Virus record (IMG/VR): IMGVR_UViG_3300048583_000524
Span: 1-50,602 of that record
From: a virus
Taxonomy: Duplodnaviria; Caudoviricetes
DNA: 50,602 nucleotides
Reading direction: 5' to 3' (one strand)
The position numbers and the translations under genes were made by a program. The notes under the pieces are model-generated. The model saw nothing but the letters and a program-made list of their open reading frames with translations, made no database searches and was not told the DNA's origin. How positions within the stretch are numbered: the stretch's first letter is position 1; each line of letters begins with the position of its first letter. Positions 26,293 through 36,807 of the stretch are shown here, one piece after another.

Positions 26293-28577
26293 TGCCTGAA
26301 GCCAGATATATAAGAGTTTTTGTAGATGATCAGGAATTGGATTTGCCAACTGAAACGCTTCCGCTTTCGCTTAATTATAAGTTGGAAGATGCAGATGACT
26401 TTCAGAAGAAAAAATCAAGCAATGCACTTGGTCTTGAATTCCCGGCTACAACCAATAACGATAAAATTGGCAATGCCTTCCACGATCCTGCGAGCGAAGA
26501 CAATTCTCCGGATAAATCATTTTCCAATTTCAGGAAAGGTTTGATAGAAGCAAATGGTTTTGAATTATTAGTCGGCAAGGCTTTTCTTAAAGCCGCTACC
26601 CATAATAGCAGGCCTTTAAGTTACCGGTGGGATTTTTATGGCAACAATGCCGATTGGAAGGTGGAGTTAGAAGAAGTGACGCTCTTCGAAGTGCTAAAGC
26701 ATATCAATTTCACTTTCGATAAACCAACCATTGAAGCAAGCTGGGCTTTTGATGGCACCAGCGAAAGCCTGCCCTATGTATTTGCCCCGGTACGCTACAG
26801 GAGCCCCATGGATGCATCCGATACTGATATGGCGGTTGATTACCTAAGGCCAGCGATATCCATGTTCTGGCCGCTATTTTGGGGTTTTAAAAAGACTGGC
26901 TATCGAATTGAAAGCGAGCTTTTGAATTCTGAATATTTCAGGAGAATGGTAATGCCCTGGACATGGGGGAATTTCTTGTATAGCGAAGGCACGCAACTTG
27001 ATCAGCTTGATTTTTTGGCAAAATCGGTAATGGATTTTACAAGGAGTGGTATTAGTCGAACCGAATATATTGACGCATTTGTAAGTAATGATAGCACAGA
27101 TGGTGCCTTTGATAATAACAATTCGTATACCTATGATGTGGCAAATAAAGCAATGACATGGACTTACCTTCCTGCTTTCAGCTTTGGCACAATAGAAGTT
27201 GGATTTTACATTAATATTTTCCTTGAAACCGAAGTAAACAGTAATAGCGATATGCACTTATGGGTGCGTTGGTTTAAAAATGGAACTCAGGTTGCAGAAA
27301 CATCGCTGAAAAATATTGCAGCTCCACCGGGCCTTTTAAATAAACGATCGTTTTTTGGTGCGGTAGAAGATTGGCAATTAATTTCAGTTGATCCAAGCGA
27401 TATCATCACAGCAAAGCTTTACTTACGCACCTATGATAGCAACATTGGCCGGGCTAAAGTAAAATTGTCTGTTGATGAATTTAGTATCCAGTACTTTAAA
27501 ATACCGGTAGGTGGAAGAATTGATTTCTCCAATTACCCGGCTTTTAAAAAATACAAATGGTTGGATTATCTGCGTGGTGTTATAGACCTTTTTAATCTTG
27601 AAATTCAAACAGATCCAATTAACAAAATTGTATTAATTGAGCCTGAGCATCCATACTCGCTTACTGCCAATCAATCGGAAAGATTGCCAGGATACTTTAA
27701 TGAAGATTATATTGATTGGGAAAACAAGCAGGATGTTGATAAGGTTTCAGAACTGGAACTATTTAGCGAGCACGAAAGAGAGCTGCTATTAAATTTCAAA
27801 GATGATACAAATGATGGCGCTCTTAAAGTAATTAGCAATCGAAATCAAAACGAACCGGGTTCATCAAAGTTTGTTCTTCCAGGAAGGTTTAAGGCTGGGA
27901 AGAAAGCCGTAACCAATAGGTTTTTTTCCCCCATGGTGCATTATGATGTGGAGCAGTGGGCAGCAATTGCAGGCACCGCTCCACAAATGCCTGTTTTGGT
28001 GCCTGAAAATATCAGCAATACTTCGCGTGATGAAGCGCAAAACACCTTTTCTCCAAAAGTAGCCTGGTATAAAGGCAATGTAACCGGCTTTGGTGGCTGG
28101 CGCTTTGATGGCGATGAATTAACCAGCTTTCCAATGATGTTTTCGGTTAATTATAAACCCGGTGGCGAAGCAGATCCTGTATTGAGTTACACCGATGAAA
28201 GAATTGGTACTGGTCCCGGTTCGTTAAGAGCCGTTGGATTACTAAGAAGATTTTATTTGCAGCGGATGGCCATCATGAGAAATGGCCAGCATTATAATAC
28301 TTATTTCCATTTACATAATACAGATGTATCTAATTGGTTTCATCGCGAACATATCAAATGTCGTGGCCAGCGTTGGGAATTAATTGAGATTAATAATTAT
28401 AGGCCACTCGAAGAAGAAACTACTTCAACGAAGTTGAGAAAATGGGTTCCCATTAGCCAGGAAGATTTGAACAATTGTTTTCCATCCGCATCGAGCATTA
28501 TTCTCGATACATCCGGCAATGAGTTCGATATTAAATACTCTCCACTTAAATGCCTTCCGTCTGACATTCCAAATTGA
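26292..28577 (+). CDS. Putative tail hub/baseplate protein
   Basis: 761 aa; ELDLP...LEFPATTNNDK N-terminus; adjacent to tape measure. Confidence 0.65.
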   Translation: MPEARYIRVFVDDQELDLPTETLPLSLNYKLEDADDFQKKKSSNALGLEFPATTNNDKIGNAFHDPASEDNSPDKSFSNFRKGLIEANGFELLVGKAFLKAATHNSRPLSYRWDFYGNNADWKVELEEVTLFEVLKHINFTFDKPTIEASWAFDGTSESLPYVFAPVRYRSPMDASDTDMAVDYLRPAISMFWPLFWGFKKTGYRIESELLNSEYFRRMVMPWTWGNFLYSEGTQLDQLDFLAKSVMDFTRSGISRTEYIDAFVSNDSTDGAFDNNNSYTYDVANKAMTWTYLPAFSFGTIEVGFYINIFLETEVNSNSDMHLWVRWFKNGTQVAETSLKNIAAPPGLLNKRSFFGAVEDWQLISVDPSDIITAKLYLRTYDSNIGRAKVKLSVDEFSIQYFKIPVGGRIDFSNYPAFKKYKWLDYLRGVIDLFNLEIQTDPINKIVLIEPEHPYSLTANQSERLPGYFNEDYIDWENKQDVDKVSELELFSEHERELLLNFKDDTNDGALKVISNRNQNEPGSSKFVLPGRFKAGKKAVTNRFFSPMVHYDVEQWAAIAGTAPQMPVLVPENISNTSRDEAQNTFSPKVAWYKGNVTGFGGWRFDGDELTSFPMMFSVNYKPGGEADPVLSYTDERIGTGPGSLRAVGLLRRFYLQRMAIMRNGQHYNTYFHLHNTDVSNWFHREHIKCRGQRWELIEINNYRPLEEETTSTKLRKWVPISQEDLNNCFPSASSIILDTSGNEFDIKYSPLKCLPSDIPN

Positions 28578-28583
28578 TAAATT

Positions 28584-31500
28584 ATGAGCGATCAGGTTAC
28601 AAAAATTTATGAGTTAAAAACGCTTGGATATAGCCAGGTGCAAACTGAATTGGAAGCTGTTGCACAAAGCTTCCGTGATATAAAGGCTGCAAAAAAAGAT
28701 GTAGAAGCCGAATCTAAAAGATCATCATCATCCACCAAAACAGAGACGGCCGAAATCATCAAGCAAAAGGAAGCCTTAGCCGCTTTGAAAGTGGAAGAGC
28801 AGCGTTTGAAGGTAGAAAAGCAACAGCTTGTAAATGAATCGAAGGCCCTTTTGGTTGTTCGTCAACAGGAAATCAATCAGCAACGCCAACAAAAGGCCGC
28901 TACAGATGCGGCAGCAGGCTCCTACAACGCCCTAAACAGAACGCTTAAGGAATTGTACGCACAGGTAAAGGGAGCGCCCAAAGGCTCCGCTATCGAATTC
29001 CGTGGCCAAACCCTTCAATATGATCAGGCAATTATAAAGCTGCAAGAATTATCGGCAGCTGAGCAGGATTTCCGCAGGCAGTTTTCCCGCGACAGTTTGT
29101 TGGTTGGTGAATATACATCGGGTATTGTACAGGCATTTAAACAGATGGGGCTTGATGATCTGATTGGTGGCCAGGTTAATAAAGCAAACGAGCGCCTGCA
29201 GATGTTGGATAATGAGTTTAAGGATCTCCAAAGTACTTTATCACAAATAAAAGTAACCGGTGAAGGAAGTCTTGAAGGAATTGAAAAGCAGCTGATTGAA
29301 AATAGGAAGGAAGCTATAGCCCTTAAAGAATCGGTTGGAGATTTAGAAAAAGAATTAAAGAGTACCGGTGATGTAGGGAATAAAATTACCAGTGCAATTA
29401 GCGAAGGTTTTAAGCAAATCAAAGGTCAGGCCGTTCAATTTGCATTATCATTTGTAGGCATACAAGCTGTATTCAATAAACTATCTACCGAAGTTGCAGC
29501 AGGTATCGAAGAAGCAAAGCAAATTGAAGGTGTTGAAGCAGCTTTCAAACGGTTAAACGACCCGGGGTTACTGTCTCAATTACGAGCCGCTACAAAAGGA
29601 ACGGTTAGCGATCTCGAATTAATGAAGCAGGCGGTTCAGGCCAGCAACTTTGAAATTCCACTTGAAACACTTGGTAATTTATTGGATTTCGCTAGGCGAA
29701 GGGCAAAAGATACAGGTCAGGAAGTTGATTTCCTTGTGCAATCTATTATCACTGGTATTGGCCGTAAGTCTCCATTGATATTGGATAACCTTGGAATTTC
29801 AGCAGTCAGATTAAAAGAAAACCTTAAGGGAGTTACTGCTGAATCCGCATCTATTGGTGACGTTGCTACCGCGGTTTCAGCAATCATATCTGAGGAAAAT
29901 GCAAAGGCTGGAAAGGAAATTGATACAACTACCGAAAGCCTTGCACAGCAAAGAGCAACCTGGCAAAACTTGCGTACGGAATTAGGTCAGGGGGTTCTGC
30001 CAATACTGTCTGCAATTGGTGCCGTCCTTCTTTTCTTGTTAACCAATCTCACCACCATTATAGGAGTACTCGGTCTTTTTGCCCTTGGCTGGGCTCTTAC
30101 CAATAAAGAACTAGTCATTGCAAATGCAAGGCTATTGCTGGTAAATGCTCAAATCGTTGCCAGCCGGATCGCTCTTGGTGCTATTACCATCTTCCAAACC
30201 GCTTATAATGCATCATTGGCATTATATACCGGTATTGCAAGAGGAGCGGCCGTAGCTACTACCCTATTGGGTACCGCTATGCGTTTGTTGCCAATTGGAA
30301 TAATTCTTACAATTCTTGGTGTATTGGTTGCCACCTTCAGGGCTTTTGCTGCCCAGGTAACATCAACCAATTCTGAATTGAAGGCGCTTGCCATGCAGCA
30401 GCAGATAAATGCTGATATAAGCAGGCGTGTTGCTGATGCCACAACCGAGCAGATCAGTAAAATGCAGGTATTAACCAAAGTGGCCGGAGACAATAATGTA
30501 AGCCTGGAAGGAAGGAAAAGAGCGCTCCAGGATTTGATAAACATTAATCCGGAATATCTAAAAGGCCTTACACTCGAAAATTTAAAAACAGAAGAAGGCA
30601 TTGGCATTCTTAATCGTTATGTTTTGGCTTTGCGTGAAAAGGCTTCATTGGAAGCTGCTCAGGCTATCAGAAACGAAAAACTGCAAAAAGATACACGGCT
30701 TCAGTTACTGCAGTTTGAATTAGAAAAAAGAGTATCCACCGGAAAGGGTACTGAGTTAGAAGATCTGCCTGATGAATTGAAGGAGTTTGTTGGCAATGCC
30801 AGGAAGCAATTTAATTTCACTGCAAGTCTAACAGATTTAGTAACCGGTGAAAGTGCAGCAGCCGAAGCGCTAAGAGCTATAAAGGCACAAAGGGGTGAAA
30901 TTGTTCTGGAGCTCGATGCAACTGATGAGATTATCAAAGAGCGTTTTGCCAACACAGGATCTACCGCGGTTGGCGTGGTTTCCAAACAAGTTGATATTGA
31001 TATCGCTGAGCTTCAGGATAAACTTAAAGGGTTGAATGAAGCGATTAATTCTTTCAAAGGAAGCCAGACAGAATTAAACAAATTAATTACAGATCGGGAT
31101 GCAACGCAAAAGCGCCTGGATAGTCTTCTTGGTAAAAAATCAGGTGGTGGAAGTAAATCAGGTGGATCTAAAGCTAAAGAAGATCCTTTTAAAAACATTG
31201 ATGCCTTACTTAATGCCAACTTAGCAACACTTGAACTTTCCAGAGCAGAAAATAAAATTAGCGAAGAAGAATTTCTTAAAGAATTTTTAACCATCAATCA
31301 AAAGGCGATCGCATCAAAGCTTGAACTAATTAAGAAAACTGGTACCGATGAAATAAGAATTAGAGCTGAATTAAATCTTTCCAGGATACAACTTGAAAAA
31401 GAGACTCAGGATAAACTTTTTGAATTGCGTGAAAAGGAAGTTCAAAAAGAATTTGACCTGGCAAAGAGAATTGCTGAAGCAGCATTTTCCGCAACATCAG

Positions 31501-33026
31501 AAAACGCTTCTGAAAGCGAAAGGATTGATGCACAATTAAAACTTGATAACGATCTCCTGCAGGCTCAAATCACCTTTAATCAAAATATGGATGCAATTGA
31601 AAAGGACTTCAATAAAGCATCGATTGAAAATTCCTTCGAAAGAGCCGAAGCAATTAAAGCCATCAACAGGCAGCTGACTAAGGACCAGGTTGATCAACTT
31701 AAAAATGATGTAAAGGTTTTAGAACAGGAAGGCGAAACGGCCGTTGCCAAGTTCCAGGAAAAGATTTCACAGGCAAGGCTCGCACTTTCCAATCAAAAAC
31801 CCGGAAAGGGTAAGGCAAATGATAAGGTCAAAGCCGGCAATGAATTAGATAGGGCAGAAAACAGGGGTGTCCTTGCCATTGAAGTAGAGAACCTTCAAAA
31901 GCTATTACCTAAATACAAAACCTTATTAGATCAAAAGCTTATTACCGATGAAGAGTATTATAGATTTTTAACCAAACTCAATGACAAGGCTGCTGAATTA
32001 AACAATGCGGCTGTACAGAATATTGAGACCAATACAGGTAAGATAAGGTCAATAGGCGATCTGATCAGAAGCGGAGCAGGTAAATTATTTGGCTTTGAAA
32101 ATGGTTCTGAAGGAGCTGTGCTATTTAATCAGATAGTTACCGAGTCTTTCGACCTGGCAAAGAGTGCAATGAATTCTTATTTTGATGCTGAAATAGAACG
32201 CATCAACCAAAGCAAACAGGCACAAATAGAGCGCTTGGATTTGGAAAAAAATCAGCTGCTTGCCCGTGCCCAAAGCCGGGATGAAGAAATTTCCATCGAG
32301 CAGCAATTCCAATCCAAAAAAGCTATTCAGGAACAAAAGGCTGGGGAGCGGATAAAGAAAATAAAGAAGGCTGAAGCCAAGATCGCCTTGGCTGTGGAAT
32401 TAGGAAACCTTGCTGTCTCTGCTGCTCAAAACCCGCTAAACGGTGTTTCGTTTGGTGCCGCTGGTATTGCTATGTATGCCTTACTTGCTGGCCTTGCCAT
32501 TGGCCGCTATGCAATGCGGGTTAATGATATCAATAAAACGCAGTTTGAATATGGTGGCCAGGTACCAACAGAAACCGGTGGAAAAATAACCGGTCCTTCG
32601 CACGCAGCGGGTGGCGTTCCATTTAATTATGAAGCAGAAGGAAATGAACTTGCCATCATCCGGACGAAAAATGCACCTGCAGGTAAAAAATATTCTATAT
32701 CCGGAACACACACGCAAATTGCATCAGCGCTCAATCAATTGGGTGGTGGTAAGGGGTTTATGCCGGGTGCATCACTTTCTAAGTTCGAATATGGTGGATC
32801 CTTGGGCGAAAGCCTTCAGGCCCCGGTATTTACCCCGGCGAGTAATACGCTTCCAATCAGCGATGCAGGTTCTATCAATCAGGTATTAGATTTGCTTACC
32901 GAACAGGCCAAGGCTACACAAGCCGTAAATGCAAGAATTGACCGGTTCCAAGTTTACCAGGTAACAAGTTCAGTTACATCGGCTCAAAGGAAAGAAGTTA
33001 TTCAGGACGAAATTGGTACATTGTGA
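28584..33026 (+). CDS. Tail tape measure protein
   Basis: 1480 aa coiled-coil; GIGRKSPLILDNLGIS, central hydrophobic helices, GPSHAAGGV...EAEGNE C-terminal motif. Confidence 0.92.
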   Translation: MSDQVTKIYELKTLGYSQVQTELEAVAQSFRDIKAAKKDVEAESKRSSSSTKTETAEIIKQKEALAALKVEEQRLKVEKQQLVNESKALLVVRQQEINQQRQQKAATDAAAGSYNALNRTLKELYAQVKGAPKGSAIEFRGQTLQYDQAIIKLQELSAAEQDFRRQFSRDSLLVGEYTSGIVQAFKQMGLDDLIGGQVNKANERLQMLDNEFKDLQSTLSQIKVTGEGSLEGIEKQLIENRKEAIALKESVGDLEKELKSTGDVGNKITSAISEGFKQIKGQAVQFALSFVGIQAVFNKLSTEVAAGIEEAKQIEGVEAAFKRLNDPGLLSQLRAATKGTVSDLELMKQAVQASNFEIPLETLGNLLDFARRRAKDTGQEVDFLVQSIITGIGRKSPLILDNLGISAVRLKENLKGVTAESASIGDVATAVSAIISEENAKAGKEIDTTTESLAQQRATWQNLRTELGQGVLPILSAIGAVLLFLLTNLTTIIGVLGLFALGWALTNKELVIANARLLLVNAQIVASRIALGAITIFQTAYNASLALYTGIARGAAVATTLLGTAMRLLPIGIILTILGVLVATFRAFAAQVTSTNSELKALAMQQQINADISRRVADATTEQISKMQVLTKVAGDNNVSLEGRKRALQDLININPEYLKGLTLENLKTEEGIGILNRYVLALREKASLEAAQAIRNEKLQKDTRLQLLQFELEKRVSTGKGTELEDLPDELKEFVGNARKQFNFTASLTDLVTGESAAAEALRAIKAQRGEIVLELDATDEIIKERFANTGSTAVGVVSKQVDIDIAELQDKLKGLNEAINSFKGSQTELNKLITDRDATQKRLDSLLGKKSGGGSKSGGSKAKEDPFKNIDALLNANLATLELSRAENKISEEEFLKEFLTINQKAIASKLELIKKTGTDEIRIRAELNLSRIQLEKETQDKLFELREKEVQKEFDLAKRIAEAAFSATSENASESERIDAQLKLDNDLLQAQITFNQNMDAIEKDFNKASIENSFERAEAIKAINRQLTKDQVDQLKNDVKVLEQEGETAVAKFQEKISQARLALSNQKPGKGKANDKVKAGNELDRAENRGVLAIEVENLQKLLPKYKTLLDQKLITDEEYYRFLTKLNDKAAELNNAAVQNIETNTGKIRSIGDLIRSGAGKLFGFENGSEGAVLFNQIVTESFDLAKSAMNSYFDAEIERINQSKQAQIERLDLEKNQLLARAQSRDEEISIEQQFQSKKAIQEQKAGERIKKIKKAEAKIALAVELGNLAVSAAQNPLNGVSFGAAGIAMYALLAGLAIGRYAMRVNDINKTQFEYGGQVPTETGGKITGPSHAAGGVPFNYEAEGNELAIIRTKNAPAGKKYSISGTHTQIASALNQLGGGKGFMPGASLSKFEYGGSLGESLQAPVFTPASNTLPISDAGSINQVLDLLTEQAKATQAVNARIDRFQVYQVTSSVTSAQRKEVIQDEIGTL

Positions 33027-33027
33027 T

Positions 33028-33132
33028 ATGGAAAACCGAAACTTTAAAGAGCGCTGGAAAACCAATATTGGTTTTGCCGTAATAATCCTTGCTATCTATG
33101 GAATTATTCAACTGATAAAACACTTCTTATAA
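33028..33132 (+). CDS. 34-aa membrane peptide
   Basis: MENRNFKERWKTNIGFAVIILAIYGIIQLIKHFL*; exactly fills the gap between flanking genes. Confidence 0.55.
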   Translation: MENRNFKERWKTNIGFAVIILAIYGIIQLIKHFL

Positions 33133-33351
33133 ATGGCAGAAGAAATAAAGATGACAGATTTGGATAAGCGCCTTCGGGAAATTGCAGCACTGAACTGGCC
33201 GCAGTTTGTGGCATTGGTTGGAGAAGATGTTATTATAAAAGCTAAGATTTGCCTAATGCGAAAGAGCAAGGCCAGTTATGGACAAATCAGTGTAAAGCTT
33301 GGTGTGACCGAGCGGGTAGCGCAATATAATTGCAGTAAGTGCGATCATTGA
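33133..33351 (+). CDS. Small HTH protein
   Basis: KASYGQISVKLGVTERVAQY HTH-like segment. Confidence 0.6.
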   Translation: MAEEIKMTDLDKRLREIAALNWPQFVALVGEDVIIKAKICLMRKSKASYGQISVKLGVTERVAQYNCSKCDH

Positions 33352-33390
33352 GTTTTAGAAAGTAAAAGGAAAACAAAAAATACTTCAGCC

Positions 33391-33882
33391 CTATAACTCA
33401 TGATTTTGGTCAAGGTATTTTTTAATGCACCTAAATACACTTACAAATATAAAAATAGACCCCATAAGGTTTATAATTAAGAAAATCATATAAATCCCTT
33501 TGCAAGCCAAAAAAAAGGTCCGACCATACTCATCTTCTATGCTTCCATGCATTAAAGAGTATTTAAATAATGATGTGATAATAAAAAAAAGTGCCAAAGC
33601 AATCGAACGGACTCCATTCCTATTTATATCCCTGCTAAGATTTTCGTTTCCTGTAATATTCCTGGCCCAAGAAAAAGCAACGGAGGCTAAGCCAAGGAAA
33701 AAAGCAATCCCATAATTTGTATATTGGATAGTATCATTCTCGGTGTTTCCAAAATCAACAACCGACTGAAATACTATGACATACATAATAAAAAAACCCA
33801 ATCCTAAACCAGAAATTAAGTAAAAAAGGGGAAGAATTAATTTTTGTTTTAATCTAGATAGTATTTCTTTAAAAACAATCAT
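33391..33882 (-). CDS. Multi-pass membrane protein (moron-like)
   Basis: About four hydrophobic segments, AT-rich, antisense to late genes. Confidence 0.75.
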   Translation of the reverse strand: MIVFKEILSRLKQKLILPLFYLISGLGLGFFIMYVIVFQSVVDFGNTENDTIQYTNYGIAFFLGLASVAFSWARNITGNENLSRDINRNGVRSIALALFFIITSLFKYSLMHGSIEDEYGRTFFLACKGIYMIFLIINLMGSIFIFVSVFRCIKKYLDQNHEL

Positions 33883-34015
33883 TTTATAATTTTTCGCTAA
33901 TATACTTAATTGTATTTATTTATAAATCCCATATCTGACTTATTCCCTGAAGTCCTAAAATAAGTGCTTGCCCAAGGGTAAAACAAAAATCAAATCCATA
34001 CAAACTACGTTACCC

Positions 34016-34036
34016 AAATAGTATTTTATACTATTT
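34016..34036. promoter_or_regulatory. Perfect 9-bp inverted repeat (operator-like)
   Basis: AAATAGTAT-TTT-ATACTATTT, 33 nt upstream of head operon start. Confidence 0.65.
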
Positions 34037-34069
34037 CTAAGTACAAAAACATTGCAGCTTTGTTCTGCG

Positions 34070-35242
34070 ATGAAAAAGAAACTACAAGTATTTAATTTCT
34101 CCATCCAGAATCAGGGCGATGATACACTCGATGTTTACATCGATGGTGATATTGTCGATGCTGAAACGCAACAAATAATGCGTGACTGGTGGGGCGACGA
34201 AACATCCGTTTCCTACAAATCTTTCCGCGATCAACTGACAGCCAGTGAAGCTAAAGTCTTCAACATCTACATTAATAGCTATGGTGGGCACGTGGGCGAT
34301 GCCATGGCGATGTATGATCTCCTGGTTGACCTTCAAAACAAAGGCAAAACCGTTAATACCATCGGCCGTGGAATCATTGCTAGTGCAGCTACCTACATAT
34401 TAATGGCAGGTAAGAACAGCGAAATCAGCAAGAATAGCTGGTTCATGGTTCATAACGTTTCGGGTGCTGTTTGGGGTGATGTTTACAGCATTGAAAACTA
34501 CGCAAAAACACTGCGGAAATTCAATGACAGGATCCGCGATTTCTATGCCGAAAGCACTGGCCTTCGCAAAGAAGAGATTTCCAAATTAATGGACCAGGAA
34601 ACATGGATGGCCGGTGATGAAACCGTAAACAAAGGTTTTGTCAAAAAACTATCCGGTGAAGCAAGTTTCAAGAACGCTATTCCTAAAGAGCAATGGGATT
34701 TTAGCAACATCGCTGTGCTCAACGCATATAACTCAGCCGTCGGCAAACCGCCCGCTCATCCACATGCTCCAGAAAACCCCGAACCAGATTCACTAATCAT
34801 TAATCACATCAACGAAATGAAAAAGTTCTTTACCGATCTCAGCGGTTCTATCATGAATGCAATTAAAGGCATAAAGCCCGCTGAAGACGGAACACAGGCA
34901 ACACTTGTAAACAGCATTGCCGATGCAGTAAGTAAGCCGTTTGAAAACTTATCTGAACAGTTTGAAAACTCTGTTGCTGATCAGGTTAAAAACGCTGTAA
35001 CCGACGCTGTAAAGGGAATGGATATAGCCACATTGGTTTCGAATGCTGTTGCAAAAGCAATAGAAGACGCGAAGCTTCCTGATGCAACTGAAATAGGCAA
35101 TCTAACCAAGAAGATTGGTGATCTCGAAAAGAAAGCCGGTGATCTTGAACAGGACATAGCCAAAAACAAAGGCAAGGAAACAGGGGCTAAAAATGAAGTT
35201 GTAAAAGAGCCTATCGGCAAGTGGAATATTCCCGGAGCCTAA
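34070..35242 (+). CDS. ClpP-type head maturation protease with scaffold-like C-terminus
   Basis: INSYGG, IIASAAT (Ser), FMVHN (His), ETWM; coiled-coil tail; ATG at 34070. Confidence 0.92.
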   Translation: MKKKLQVFNFSIQNQGDDTLDVYIDGDIVDAETQQIMRDWWGDETSVSYKSFRDQLTASEAKVFNIYINSYGGHVGDAMAMYDLLVDLQNKGKTVNTIGRGIIASAATYILMAGKNSEISKNSWFMVHNVSGAVWGDVYSIENYAKTLRKFNDRIRDFYAESTGLRKEEISKLMDQETWMAGDETVNKGFVKKLSGEASFKNAIPKEQWDFSNIAVLNAYNSAVGKPPAHPHAPENPEPDSLIINHINEMKKFFTDLSGSIMNAIKGIKPAEDGTQATLVNSIADAVSKPFENLSEQFENSVADQVKNAVTDAVKGMDIATLVSNAVAKAIEDAKLPDATEIGNLTKKIGDLEKKAGDLEQDIAKNKGKETGAKNEVVKEPIGKWNIPGA

Positions 35243-35284
35243 TTCCTTAAAAAACTATTCAATCAAATTTTAAAGTAAAAAATC

Positions 35285-35683
35285 ATGAGTTCAAATGCAT
35301 TTGATAATTCTGGCTTGAAGGATAAACTTCATTTGGAAGGTACCCCGGTAGCCGCCTTTACCCCATCTGTAACCTTTACCTATGGCCTGGTTGGCGATCC
35401 CGCTGAGTTATCCATAGTAGCAACTGCCGGTGGTACTATTCCATCAGGTGACACCTTTAAAAAGTGCCACTTAAGAGTGGTTGATCAGTTCGGTGGTGAA
35501 GTACGCGATACGATTACCGCAACCGGTGGTGGTGGTGCAAAAACCATTGATGTAACCACACTTAACATCAGTAAGCCACTTTCTGTATTGGCAACCTTCA
35601 TTACCACCAATGGCCTTGTTGCCGATGGTAAGGCCGATGTAAGCGGACCAACAGGAACCATTGCTTACTGGGATAAACAGTAA
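35285..35683 (+). CDS. Putative head decoration protein
   Basis: Gly/Thr-rich beta protein between protease and capsid genes. Confidence 0.5.
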   Translation: MSSNAFDNSGLKDKLHLEGTPVAAFTPSVTFTYGLVGDPAELSIVATAGGTIPSGDTFKKCHLRVVDQFGGEVRDTITATGGGGAKTIDVTTLNISKPLSVLATFITTNGLVADGKADVSGPTGTIAYWDKQ

Positions 35684-35740
35684 CCCATTACCAGGAAACA
35701 TTTAATCAAATTTTTATCAACCTATTTTAATCAATAAGCC

Positions 35741-36763
35741 ATGTTCGAAACAGTAAGCATTGATTCTCTGTCCTTCCATAATGCCGTTATACAACCGGCT
35801 TTTCAGGACCTTATTCCTCAGGGATTTCCCTACCGCGGTACCCTGAATGAATTCACTCTCATGGATAATGTGGTAAGCAAAAGGCCTATCATAGATATCC
35901 GCAGGGTGCAAAACATTTTACAACGTCGTGATGCAAGTTGCGATGTGAATTACAAAAAGGTAGTAGGTGCAAGTACCCGTCAAATTACGGTTGACGAAGT
36001 ATATGGTGCAACCACCTTTTGCCGCAACGAATTTTATCAGGGTGCGCTGAAAGATTGGCGCAATCGTGATCCTTTGTTCGCTGATAAAGTTCTTCCCTAT
36101 TTCCAAGGAGCGGTAAACATTGACGTTGCATCCAACAGCTATTTTGGTGACATTGACCGTGTGGTTTCACCAACAGCACAATGGAGCACCAATGTATTTG
36201 ATGGCATCTTCAAATGGATTAAAAAGTATATTACCGCAACCGTAATTCCTGCTAGCCAAACAGTGGCAATTGCAGACGGTACTGATTACCTGGCTAACCC
36301 ATCTGCAGCATACAACCTGATCAAAACCTTGCATGACAAGCAGAATCCTTTGCTGTATTCCTTCGAAGACAGCCAGAAGGCTTATTACGTTAGTAAGGAA
36401 GTTGCCAACGGTTACGAAGACTACCTGATCAGTGTTGGACTCGAAGCCCAGGGTTATACCCTTTTGGAAACTGGAATTAAAACGCTGGCTTACAAAGGCA
36501 TCCCTATTATGATTGAGCCAATCTGGTCCCCAATCATCAGCGAAATAAAAGGCGCTGCTGGCTTTGCCGCTGTACTTACGCTGCGTGGAAATTTTGTTTT
36601 CGCTACCGATAAAGAATACGGTGAAGGCGAAGATGGAAAAACCGCACTTGAAGTATGGTATGAGAAAAAGGATATGAAGTGGTATTACCGCTTGTTCCTG
36701 AAAGCCGGTACACAGGTAGCATTGCCGGAGCATTTGGTGGTTGCAATGTCAAGTTGGACCTAA
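35741..36763 (+). CDS. Major capsid protein
   Basis: 340 aa downstream of ClpP; LAYKGIPI motif and HK97-like C-terminal pattern. Confidence 0.75.
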   Translation: MFETVSIDSLSFHNAVIQPAFQDLIPQGFPYRGTLNEFTLMDNVVSKRPIIDIRRVQNILQRRDASCDVNYKKVVGASTRQITVDEVYGATTFCRNEFYQGALKDWRNRDPLFADKVLPYFQGAVNIDVASNSYFGDIDRVVSPTAQWSTNVFDGIFKWIKKYITATVIPASQTVAIADGTDYLANPSAAYNLIKTLHDKQNPLLYSFEDSQKAYYVSKEVANGYEDYLISVGLEAQGYTLLETGIKTLAYKGIPIMIEPIWSPIISEIKGAAGFAAVLTLRGNFVFATDKEYGEGEDGKTALEVWYEKKDMKWYYRLFLKAGTQVALPEHLVVAMSSWT

Positions 36764-36807
36764 TTCCGAAAGAAACAATTTTTATCAACGAATAAATTCT
36801 TTATAAA

